Of a stretch of DNA of 64,000 bases, positions 51,459 to 61,999 are shown piece after piece. The first letter of the stretch is position 1, and the number at the start of each line of letters is the position of its first letter. A program made the position numbers and the translations under genes. The notes below the pieces were generated by a model. The model did not search any database and was not told the DNA's origin. It was given only the letters and a program-made list of their open reading frames with translations. The DNA is from Okamejei kenojei (Eukaryota): positions 141,112,001 through 141,176,000 of the forward strand of contig CM069132.1 of the NCBI GenBank assembly GCA_035221665.1. Reading direction: 5' to 3'.

Positions 51459-52229
51459 GCTGAATATAAGGACTGGTGTCACTCAGAACATCCAATATGT
51501 CAGTGTGAGGCATGTTTCCAACAATCGTCGAACAAATCCCAAATCCAAATGAGGAACAGCAATCCCCACCCAGTGCAATTGTTTAATGACATAAAGCGAT
51601 TAAATTCACTCCATGCCTCGTTTCTTCTTGCAGGGTGATGTCCCACAAATCCTCAGAAGACTCTAATACTCTTCATCTCTCACCTCCTGGGCTTCTTGTC
51701 ACTGCATCAGTGACAAGTCTGCTTCGACTCTCTGGACCCTGTGCCCTGGAACTCTACCTGTAAACTTGCACCTCGAACCATGACCCTCTTTCCTCTTTTG
51801 AAACCTAACTCTGACCAAGCTTCTTGATCAACTTACCCAGAATCTCTTCCGTTGGTTACGACTGATTAAAATGTCTGTGAAGCACCTTGAAACGTTTTAA
51901 TACATTAACTGATCTGCGCAAAGGCAAGTTGTTGAGTGTATTGAATGCAGTTCCTCACAAAGAAGCTTCACATGGCTAGATAGGTCAGACATTCGAAAGG
52001 TAACAAAGCATTGAGTCTCTCTCAAAACCATATTTATGTTTATTCATGAATAATCTGAGCAACAGAATATTAAGAAAATAACTTCAATATATCAACTGGC
52101 CAAACAATTCACAGCTTCATTCTGTTCCTATAACTTATGAAACGTCCTTTTAATGGGCAACAATGTAGTGATAACTTTGAGGAGAATTTGCCTTTTGTAT
52201 TTGTGCATTTCAGACCCTGTGACATAGTT

Positions 52230-52575
52230 ACCTTGCCTCCAAATCAGATACCCTTGGGTCCAAATCCCATTCCAGAGATTTAAGCACAAAAATGTAGGCT
52301 GAGACACTGCACTCACACTGCTTGAAAATACATTAAACCGCTCACTCTTGCTTAGACTTAAATTATCTCAAGGTACTGTTTTGAAGAAGAGCAATTCCCC
52401 AGACAATACTTATCCTGCAAACAACATCATAAAAACCGTTTATCTGTTTCTGGGAGTGTGATGTGTGCAAAGAGGCTGCTCCATTTCTTCCATTACAGGT
52501 TTGAATCTACTTCTAAAGCGTTTCACTGGGATATTCTGAAGGAGATAGGTAAGGTGCTAATCTAAATCTTCTCTT
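52230..52575 (+). mobile_element. Ancient Deu-domain SINE
   Basis: ccagagatttaagcacaaaaatgtaggctga..ttgaagaagagcaattcccc..tgtgtgcaaagaggctgct. Confidence 0.58.
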
Positions 52576-52763
52576 CATCAGAACTGTTCACTATTCACAA
52601 TGGCACCCTTCAACTCATAGCAGTACTTGGGTTTACAAACTAGCAAGATCTTATCACAAAGGCCAGAGAAAAAGTAAACTTAAAAGTCAGCAGACTTATG
52701 TTTTTATGCAATAGGTGCACTGACGGGGAACCATTTATAAAGGGAAGTCAGCTAAACACAAGA

Positions 52764-53084
52764 GGTGGCACGGTGGTGCAGCGGTAGAGTTGCTGCCTTA
52801 CAGCGCTCTCAGCGCCAGAGACCCGGGTTCGATCCCGACTATGGGTGCTGCCTGTACGGAGTTTGTACGTTCTCCCCGTGAACGCGTGTTTTTTTTCTCC
52901 AAGATCTTCGGTTTCCTCCCACACTGCAAAGACGCACAGGTATGAAGGTTAATTGGCGTGGAGTATGTGTAATTTGTCCCTAGTGTGTGGAGGATAGCGT
53001 TAATGTGCGGGGTGATCGCTGGTCGGCGCTGACTCAGCGGGCCGAAGGGCCTGTTACTGCACTGTATCTCTAAACTAAACTAAA
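52764..53084 (+). mobile_element. Full-length tRNA-derived HE1/V-SINE-like SINE
   Basis: A box TGGTGCAGCGG, B box GGTTCGATCC, V-domain GGAGTTTGTACGTTCTCCCCGTG..GGTTTCCTCCCACAC, CR1-like tail GGGCCGAAGGGCCTG and (CTAAA)n. Confidence 0.88.
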
Positions 53085-53569
53085 GGGAGAAAGAAACAGG
53101 TGAGATGAAGGATGAGGAGTCAGCTCATGTGGAGCATGAACACTGATGCAGATCTGTTGGGTCAAATTGTTTGTTATGCAAATATTAACTACCTCCATTA
53201 ATATTATTTTAAAGGCAATGGAACTGAACATTTCTGGAAAATACTTTTTGGAAAATAGCATTTTATTCGTTATGGCCGCTCAAAAATGAACATTATGGCT
53301 TCACCTAGCATTCGAGGCTCTAGATCATATAATTTTCTCAAAATGGCAGGAAGTTAGTAAAGAAGAAGACTCCAAAAGGGATGGATATCAAAGGTAAGGT
53401 CATATCAACCTCTATACGCTACCAGGAATGTTTCTGCGCAAAATAAAGCAGTATCAAAAAACTGATTAGATTAATTGATAAATAAACATGGCTTATTTTA
53501 CCTAGCATTTGGAAGAATGACAGATAACTGGATGAAGATAGTTTTTCAAATGTTGAGAAACATTTGAGA

Positions 53570-54088
53570 AGCCATTCGGCCCTTCAAGCCAGCACTGCCA
53601 TTCATGGCTGATCATCTAAAATCAGTACCCCATTCCTCTTCTTCCGCATATCCCTTAATTCCTTTAGGCCAAAGGGCCAAATCTAAATCTCTCTTGAATT
53701 GGCCTCCACTGCATTCTGTAGCAGAGAATTCCACAGATTTAGAACTCTCTGGGTGAAGAACATTTTCCCCATCTCACTCCTACATGGCCTACCCCTTATT
53801 CTTAAACTGTGACCTCTGGTTCTGGACTCCCCCAACATTGGGAACATTTTTCCTGCATCTAGCCTGTCCAATCCTTTAAGAATTGTATATGTTTCTGTAA
53901 GATCCCCTCTCATCCTTCGAAATTCCAGTGAACACAAGCCCAGCTGACCCATTCTTTCATCATATGTCAGTCCCGCCATCCCGGTAATTAACCTGGTGAA
54001 CATACGCTGCACTCCCTCAAAAGCAATAATGTCCTTCTTCAAATTAGGAGACCAAAATTGCACACAATACTCTAGGTGAAGCCTCGCC
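53570..54088 (-). mobile_element. CR1 3' fragment
   Basis: ORF 53683-54063, QFWSPNLKKDII..RRMRGDLTETY. Confidence 0.9.
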
Positions 54089-54419
54089 GTTTATTACATC
54101 TTCAAGATAGATTATATACCAATAAACTACTTCCAGTGGTGGGCAGAAATCGACAACAGGGGTACAGTCTTAAAAGTTGAGTTAGATTGTGAAGGGATAC
54201 TGTTAGGAAGCACTTGTTCAAACAAAACTTTGATCTCTCTTCCCCATTAATGCTAGGAGCCCAACTGAAGTTAAAGAAGGATAGACTTCTAATTGGCAAG
54301 GTTATCAAGATATATGAAGTGAAAGAGAGTAAAGGGATAGAAGTTCAGTAACTAATTGAATAGGGGAGCTGATGTACAAACTTAATAAGCGACTCTTCCT
54401 AAATTTCCCAAATACAACT

Positions 54420-54983
54420 GGCGGCAAAGGTCCTGAGCAAGATTCCTCTCTGATGGTACAGGTTGAACAATGAGGATATTGTCCAACGGTCTCCTCGTGG
54501 TTCTGACTTTAAGTACATTACCGCGGTAATGCACGGTGCTTCCCTATCGCCCCAGGATTTTGGAATGTTCAAAATCCTCACCGTGCGCCAACTGCGTGAC
54601 GTATCCCTTGCACACGCTAACGTACTGATGGCGTACGCTGACGTACTAACAGCGTGCGTGTAGTGCGTGGTGATGCATGGTTACGCACGGTGACGCATGA
54701 ACATTGCCTGTCACCGTGCGTCAACATTCTTAACCATGTGTCGCCGCGCGCCGCCCGTACGCCATCGGCGCGCTACTTGCGCATCATTTGAGGGCCGCAC
54801 CACATGATCACCCGTGTATAAAGCACGGCGAGCTTCGAAAGATTTCACTGGGATAATCCTTTCCACGGAGACTGGCGCTACTTGCGGCGCAACTGTCGTA
54901 CTGCTAGACGATGTTCGCGTGACAGTCACTGCCGGCCTGCCACATAAATGACGCGCAAATGACACCCAAGTGGGACAGGCCCT
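54420..54983. mobile_element. CpG-rich partial Harbinger-type element sharing the MITE TIR
   Basis: Ends in AAGTGGGACAGGCCCT|TAA at 54983. No left TIR is visible, so the left boundary is approximate. Confidence 0.6.
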
Positions 54984-55074
54984 TAACCTATAATCCATAT
55001 CTAACTAGGTGGTAATCCAGGGTTGATCTTGAGTTAGCTACTCATTGAAATGGAGAACACAATGGGAACACTAT

Positions 55075-55889
55075 GTGTAGGAAGGAACTGCAGGCGAAAT
55101 GTGTAGGAAGGTACTGCAGATGCTGGTTTAAACCGCAGATGCTGCTATAAACCAAAGATAGCACAAAATGCTGGAGTAACTCAGTTACTCCAGCGAGTGG
55201 AGGAATAGGTGAAGTGGAGAGAAGGAATAGGTGAAGTTTCGGGTTGAGACACTTCTTCAGACCGAACGATGATCTGAAGAATCAAGGAGCGCAGGAGGAT
55301 GAGGGGACATCTTATAGAGGTATACAAAATCATGGGAGGATTAGATTGGGTAGATGCACAGTCTTTTACCCAGAGTAGGGGAATCGAAGACCAGAGGACG
55401 TAGGTGAAGGGGAAAAGATTTAATAGGAATCCGAGGACAAACATTTTCACACAAAGGGTGGTGGGTGTATGGGACAAGCTGCCAGAGGAGGGAGTTGATG
55501 CTGGGACTATCCCATTGTTTAAGAAACAGTTAGACAGGTAGATGGATAGGACAGGTTTGGAGGGATATAGACCGAGCGCAGCAAGTGGAACTAGTGTAGC
55601 TGGGACATTGTTGGCGGTGTGGGCGAGTTGGGCCGACGGGCCTGTATCCACACTGTATCAACATGACTCTAAGGAGGGTCTCGACCCAAAACGTCACCCA
55701 TTCCTTATCTCCTGGGAACACAATGGTTGCCCTCAACACTCGTGTGACTGGATGTGGCTCAACTCTGGCATCTTATTGTAGGAGCAATGCTGGTTTACAA
55801 AAAAAAACCCAGAATGCTGAAGTAAACGAGTGGCTCAGGCAGCATTCCTGGAGGATATGGATAGGTGACGTTTCGGGTCGGGACCTTTC
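55075..55889. mobile_element. Nested cluster: Penelope-derived arms interrupted by a CR1 3' fragment (about 55283-55670, plus strand) and by the Gypsy element
   Basis: Family arms at 55075-55265, 55670-55715 and 55775-55889; the last arm resumes after the LTR element at 57628. Confidence 0.7.
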
Positions 55890-56090
55890 TGTAGTGAAGG
55901 TACACAGACACCTTTAGGTCTTCACTACTTCATTAATCATACATCATATAGCCCTGGCTGTACGTGGTCTGTCACGATCACCAGAGAGAGAGCTAGGGGC
56001 GTGTGGGTTACAATTATACTAACTGGTGGGGGGGTGGTTAGCATGGACATTGTCACTATCAATTAAAGGTGTATACACATATCATCTACA
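55890..56090 (-). repeat. 3' LTR of the Gypsy element
   Basis: Direct repeat of 57427-57627 with TGTA..TACA termini; adjacent to the PPT on the minus strand. Confidence 0.93.
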
Positions 56091-56182
56091 TCCTTCCTCT
56101 ACCAAAACAAACAGTGAGTGACAGGACGACCACGTCTCATTCGCTAGGGTAAATGCAAACAGTAAAGCACAGGAATACAGAA

Positions 56183-56785
56183 TCACATGTAATCGCCGTA
56201 ACGGACCGGCGGCCTGACCAGGCGACCAGACCGGGTCCGCACCTCGCCATCACCTCCTTCCCCGACGGGAACAAGCGGAGACGATGCCGGGGCATGGTGG
56301 GGGCTACGGACAGGAGAACCCCTGGGCGATGAAGGCATCGGGGGGGACGATGAAGAGAAGGGCGAGGAAGCCGGAGAAAACGGGACCGCAGCCGGGAGGC
56401 GGACAGGAGGAGAACGGGGGGGGGGGGGGGGTGACCCCAGAGGAACGGGCAAAGCACTGGGCCGCGACAGTGGCAGGGGGGGGGCATACGGAGCCGCCGG
56501 GGGTGGGAGAGGCTCGTTCACGAGCCGGAGATGCTGGCGGGACCGGCGGTACACCCTTCCGTCGTGGTTGACAAGGTACAAATGAGGGGAACCGGCAGAA
56601 CCGACGACCACGGCCAGCTTGGAACGGCCAGAAGTGGACCTCATACGGACGACCTGGCCGGGGAGAAGAGGGCAGAGGACACGGCAGGACCTGTCGTGGG
56701 AACGCTTCTGTATACCGTGTTTTTGGGCACTGCGTTTCCGGACCAAGGCAGGTTTAAAGACGGAGGGGGACAGGGACTGCTGAGT
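56183..56785 (-). pseudogene. Gypsy integrase C-terminal tail
   Basis: LLPGQVVRM..YLVNHDGRVYRRSRQHLR, a proline-rich linker, then VRTRSGRLVRPPVRYGDY: a typical Gypsy pol C-terminus ending just before the PPT. Confidence 0.8.
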
Positions 56786-56802
56786 ATCCAGGACCCGGTA
56801 TG

Positions 56803-57408
56803 TCTGCCTGCAGATCCATGACGGGGTGCAACTGCCTGTGTCCTACGCATCCCGCACAATGACGACCGCTGTACAACACTATGCCCAGATTGAAAAGGAG
56901 CTGCTGGCTGTTGTCTTTGCCTGCTCCAAATTCAAGGACTATATCCTGGGCAACTGCATCACTGTCGAGACGGACCAACAGCCTCTGGTCACCATCCTCA
57001 ACAAGCCGATACACGTGGCCTCCTCCCGGCTCCAGCGCATGATGCTCCAGCTACAACGCTTCACTTTCACAGTGGTTTATCGCAAGGGCAAGGACATGTT
57101 TGTTGCTGACACGCTGTCTCGGGCGCCTCTCTCATCCACAACCCAGCATCCGTACGAGACGTCCGATCTGATAGTCCTAAACGTTAATTTCGTGCCCTCC
57201 AGTCAGTTGAAGTCCCTGGCCAAGCACACGGCGGCTGACGCTTCGCTACAGCAACTGGCCGCGATATTCAAGCAGGGCTGGCTTTCCGCGCTTTTGCCGA
57301 ACGATGGAACATTCGCCATTACACCAGCAGCCCGGAATACCCGCAGAGCAACGGACTGGCCGAGCGCGCGGTCCGCAGTGCTAAAGGATTGTTGGAACGT
57401 TGCCGCCT
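56803..57408 (+). pseudogene. Gypsy RNase H domain fused by deletion to an integrase-core fragment; inverted relative to the LTRs
   Basis: PVSYASRTMT..YAQIEKELLAVVFAC..VETDQQPL..RLQRMMLQLQRF..VADTLSRAP, then in another frame TSSPEYPQSNGLAERAVRSAKGLL (about 57290-57408). Confidence 0.9.
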
Positions 57409-57426
57409 ATCCCACTTCTGACACCA
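57409..57426 (-). promoter_or_regulatory. Primer-binding site complementary to the tRNA-Leu (CAA/CAG) 3' end
   Basis: Minus strand reads TGGTGTCAGAAGTGGGAT directly after the LTR. The plus strand ATCCCACTTCTGACACCA is the 3' end of vertebrate tRNA-Leu as I recall it. Confidence 0.85.
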
Positions 57427-57627
57427 TGTAATGAAGGTACACAGACACCTTAATGTCTTCACTACTTTATTAATCATACATCATATAGCCCTAGCTGTAC
57501 GTGGTCTGTCACGATCACCAGAGAGAGAGCTAGGGGCGTGTGGGTTACAATTATACTAACTGGTGGGGGAGTGGTTAGCATGGACATCGTCACTATCAAT
57601 TAAAGGTGTATGCACATATCATCTACA
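57427..57627 (-). repeat. 5' LTR of the Gypsy element
   Basis: Direct repeat of 55890-56090; contains AATAAA on the minus strand; followed on the minus strand by the PBS. Confidence 0.93.
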
Positions 57628-57919
57628 CCTTCCTCATACTGATCCAACAGTCTGCTTGTGGCCCTGATTATGGGTAGATCTCGACCAGGTACTAACCTGG
57701 GTGAGGAGGTATAAGTGCGGCTGACACGGTCAAGTAGCCATGGTCATGTAGCCTGCTACCATTCCTGTGTGCACATTTATAAATGAAAAACAACCAATAA
57801 AAGGGGCAAAGACCAGTGCGTGTGGGACCATCCCACGGCACAGCAAGTCCCTCAGGAAGGAATTGAGGAAGCGTAATGTAGGAATAATTTTACATTTATA
57901 TAATTCCTTTATAAACACA

Positions 57920-58250
57920 AAAGCAGCCAATATGTGTACAGTAAGGTCCCACAACAGCCACAAGGCCAATTTGCTATTTGAGACATTAGTGATGGTTGGG
58001 ATTAAGAGAATACTGCCCTGCTCTTCCTTGAAATGGAGCCATGGGAGCGTTTACATGTGGCTGAACGTGTCTTGGCTTAATGTACTCGGCTGAATAATAG
58101 CTCATCTGAAGCTGAAGCATTCTCTCGGTGGTGCACTGAAGTGGCAACTTTTGATTTTGTGTTCATCTCTGGAGTCGGACTTGAATCCACAATCTTGTAA
58201 CCTTCTGACTCAGAGGAGGGAGTGCTAACGCAGAGCTATGGCTGAGTAAA
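57920..58250 (-). mobile_element. Ancient Deu-domain SINE
   Basis: Minus strand agcactcc.cctctgagtcagaaggtt..ttcaagtccgactccagaga..ctcccatggctccatttcaaggaagagcaggg. Confidence 0.6.
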
Positions 58251-58262
58251 ACAGAGGCTAAC

Positions 58263-58282
58263 GGGGGGGGGGGGGGGGGGGG
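58263..58282 (+). repeat. Poly-G tract (20 nt)
   Basis: Read directly. Confidence 0.9.
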
Positions 58283-59975
58283 ATAAAACAAATCATTCAC
58301 TGAACAGTAACACTAGCAAAAGAAGCTCAGTAAGATGTAATGTTACCAAACAGTCATTGAGATAACAGTGCAATCGATGCAGAGTCCTTCAGTGCTTGGA
58401 ATTTAGTCTCTCATCTAGCTAATGGGATTTGAAATCTGCAGGTGAAGACGGAACCATTAAGGTGACTTATACAGAAGATTTATTCAGAAAACTTGCTCTG
58501 AAATTTACCAATGAAATTTCTCACTCGAGGTAACCATGGCAATTTGCAGTTGTCCTTGAAATCTTCTGTCAATGTATGATTGTTGCTTGCAGCTGCTCTC
58601 ACTGCAAGAACACTTTCATTCGTTACCATGGAGCAAATGGAGGCATTTTAACCACAGTATTCTTCAATCTCCAAGGATTGCACTGTGACTGCGCCTCACC
58701 TTTCATTAACCATCATTTCGAGCTCGATTAGGGAGAACGATAAAAGTGTGGAGCTGGCAGACTTAACACATTTAACCCATACCCAGGCCCCCCGAATGTG
58801 CCTTGTGGGCCACTAGGCACGCTCGAAAATCCTGAGTAGAGGGATTATAAAAACCTAGCAGCGGACAGAACATTACGGAATTAATGTTGCTTTTGTTGTT
58901 GCAGTATTTTTCAAACATTAAACCAACTACAGCACCCATGTGACGTTTTCCATTTCCTTTCACCAATAGAAACAATATTGCTTTATTAACTCTATCAAAA
59001 CACGACATCATTTTTAAGGTCTGTATTGAATCTCCCTTAACATTTACGACTAGGAGGAGAGCAATCCCAATATTTCCAATCTCCCCCATATATCCAAAGT
59101 CTCTCATCCTTGAAAGATGTCGCAGTCCAGTGCACCAGGATTACATTAACAGCGCACGGAAAGTCTATCACGCCCATTGCTGGATGTTAACTCACTCCTT
59201 CATGTTCCTGCCTGACATTTCACACATCCTGCCATCCAGACATGGGTAGCAGAGGAACATAGAAATGTGATCAAGGCACTCAGCTCCTCGTACACCTTTT
59301 GCATTTCAATCACAATGCGGTTGAGCTGCATTTTAGTTCCATTTACGGGTCGTGCACTGCAATTACTAACGTCTAACCTCACAAATGTTTCTTGGATTCG
59401 GTTTTGAAATATTCAACTGATCAGTTCTGAGAGATGTTCAGATTTCCATTATCATTTTTATGGTGATGGCTTTCTGATCTCATTCCCAGCTCCAATTTAG
59501 TTTGTTCTGGACTTGCCAGCCAAAACCTACAGTAACCTTCAAAATCCTAACTGGACCACTTATTTGTAGTGGGCTGGAGAAAGCCGAGTGCTTGTTGGTG
59601 CTTGCAATTCTACAGGATTTTGACCTTCGTGGAGTTCTTACAATTTGAACCACGATACACTCAGTAGGTTCAAATCTCATTTCTGAGACTCCAGTACAAA
59701 CTCCAGGGCAATCTTTCCCAGATGATCACTTTTGAAATGGATCTAACGTTAGAAAGAAAATACAGAATAACACCAATGTTGTAATGTTTTTTTGTAGGAC
59801 CTTGTTGTGCAGAAACTGGCGTGGAAAATTGACCAATAGTGGCGACACTTCAACATTACATCATTTGCAATAAAGCACTTCTCAGATTATGAGTGCAAAA
59901 ATTAATGCATAGAATTTAGCACAGTACAACACAGGAGCAGGCCCTTCGGCCCATAATAATGCCAAGTTATACTAA

Positions 59976-60484
59976 GCGTAGGCTTGGCGATCGTTTCGTC
60001 GAACACCTCTGCTCGGTCCGCATTAACCAACCTGACAGCTGATCTATATCGGTGAGACCAAGCGTAGGCTTGGCGATCGTTTCGCCGAACACCTCCGCTC
60101 GGTCCGCATTAACCAACCTGGCTCAGCACTTCAACTCCCCCTCCCATTCCGTATCCGACCTCTCTGTCGTGGGTCTCCTCCACGGCCAGAGTGAGCAACA
60201 CCGGAAATTGGAGGAACAGCACCTCATATTCCACTTGGGGAGTCTGCATCCCGGTGGCATGAACATGGCATTTCTCACAATTCTGTTGACCCTTGCTGTC
60301 TCCTCCCCTTCCTACCTCTCCCTCAGGCCTCGGGCTCCTCCTCCTTCTTTTTCCTTTCTTCTCCCTGCCTCCTCCCACCCCCTATCAGTCTGAAGAAGGG
60401 TTTCGGCACGAAACGTTGCCTGTTTCCTTCGCTCCATAGATGCTGCTGCACCGGCTGAGTTTCTCCAGCATTTTTGTGTACCTT
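59976..60484 (+). mobile_element. 5'-truncated Penelope-like element (GIY-YIG endonuclease C-terminus plus 3' repeat with hammerhead-like core), inserted in a CR1 tail
   Basis: YIGETKRRLGDRFAEHLRSVR and AQHFNSPSHSVSDLSVVGLLH..RKLEEQHLIFHLGSLHPGGMN. CTGAAGAAGGGTTTCGGCACGAAACG at about 60390-60416. 14-bp TSD ccaagttatactaa at 59962-59975 and 60485-60498. Confidence 0.88.
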
Positions 60485-61280
60485 CCAAGTTATACTAATC
60501 TCTTCTGCCTGCATGTGATCCATATCGCTTCATTCCCTGCATCTCCATGTGCCTATCTAAAAGCTTCCAAATGCCACCATGCCACATATGCCTCCACCGC
60601 CACCCCTGGCAGTGCCTTCCGGGCACCCACCACTCTCCAGGCACTCACCAATTGCCCTGCACATCTCCTTTAAACTTTGCTCTTCTCACCTTAAATTTAT
60701 GCCCTCCACTCTTTGACATTTCCACTCTGCGAAAAAAGGTTCTGAATATCTACCCTATCTATGCTGCCCATCATTTTATATACTTCCATCAGGTCTTCCC
60801 ACAGCCTCCGATGCACCAGACAGAACTAAAAAGTTTGTCCAGTTTCTGGTAAACCTCGGCTGCACCCTCTTCAAAGCCTCTATATCCTTTCTGTAAAGTA
60901 GCGTACCAGAACTGCATACCATACTCCAAATGTGGCCTAGCCCAATTCCTACAAAGCTGCCAACATGTGTTCCTGGCTCATAATCAATGTCCCGACCAAT
61001 AAAGGCAAACATGCTGTACACCTTCATTATCCTCGATCTACTGGTGTTGTCACTTTCATGGACTTTGAATCCTAATATCCCTCCATATAATAATGCTGTT
61101 AAGAGTCTTTCCATTTACTGTGTACTTTTCTCTCACATTCAACCTCACAAACTAACACCTCACATTTGCTTGGATTAAACTCCAATCGCTCTTTCTCCAC
61201 TCGTTTCAGTAACTGGCCCTATCCCGCTGTATACTTTGGCAGCGTCCCTCACTCCTCCAATTTTGGTGTCATCAGCAGAC
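60485..61280 (-). mobile_element. Older CR1 RT and 3' fragment
   Basis: YRKDIEALKRVQPRFTR; reverse strand near 61260-61280 encodes SADDTKIG. Confidence 0.8.
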
Positions 61281-61574
61281 TTCAAGTTCAAGTCAAGTGA
61301 GTTTATTGTCATGTGCCCCTGATAGGACAATGAAATTCTTGCTTTGCATCAGTGCACAGAACATAGAAGGCATTTACTACAAAACAGATCAGTGTGTCCA
61401 TATACCATATATAAATATATACACACATGAATAAATAAACTAATTAACCAACCCATCTACATGTAATTCCAAGTTGCTTATATGTATCACAAACAGCTGA
61501 GGTCCTAGCACAATTCCCTGTAGAAACCCATTGGTCTAACCTACCATTTCCATAAGCTTTCAATTCAACATTAT

Positions 61575-61910
61575 TGCAATGAAGCTGCTGGACGCTCAGC
61601 AGGTCAAGCAACAAATGTGACGACAAAAGTTGACCTTTTCGGGCCTTGCATCAAGACCTGCACTTTGCCTCCACAAATACAATTCGACCTATTGAGTTCC
61701 CCCAGTTGTTTTTTGTTTGTAGATACAAAATGCTGGAGGTAGTCAGCAGTTCAGGCAGCATCTCTGGAGAAAGGGAAAGGTGATGTTGCGTGTCAACACC
61801 CTTCTTCTGGCCCGACCCGAATTGACCTGACCCGAAACGTCACCTCTTCCTTTTCTCCAGTGATGCTGTCTGACCCGCTGTGTTACCCAGCAATTTTTGT
61901 CTATCTTTGG
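61575..61910. mobile_element. Two degenerate fold-back Penelope-derived units
   Basis: Inverted arms at 61720-61910 and a more decayed copy at 61575-61710. Confidence 0.62.
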
Positions 61911-61999
61911 TGCAACACAGTTCTTTCCTAGGCGTTTTTTTTTTTGTTCCTGACCATGACATCTGCCACCTTTTGTGCCTTCTCCACTATGGAGGGGAC

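Larger units (their letters stand above)
55890..57627 (-). mobile_element. Gypsy/Ty3 LTR retrotransposon, non-autonomous, internally deleted and partly inverted
   Basis: Two 201-bp TG..CA LTRs (55890-56090 and 57427-57627; 8 substitutions counted by eye). PBS at 57409-57426, polypurine tract at 56091-56100 (AGAGGAAGGA on minus), near-perfect 5-bp TSD ctttc/ccttc, and RNase H and integrase remnants inside. Confidence 0.93.

Noticed and set aside
52764-52850. tRNA gene
   Set aside because: The A/B boxes are followed by a V-SINE body and a LINE-derived tail, and the sequence is repeated many times. It is a SINE head.
56183-56746. Proline-rich host protein
   Set aside because: It lies between LTRs, ends at the PPT and has Gypsy integrase C-terminal motifs.
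58263-58282. Functional G-quadruplex at the poly-G run
   Set aside because: It is a simple homopolymer whose length is unreliable in assemblies, with no supporting context.
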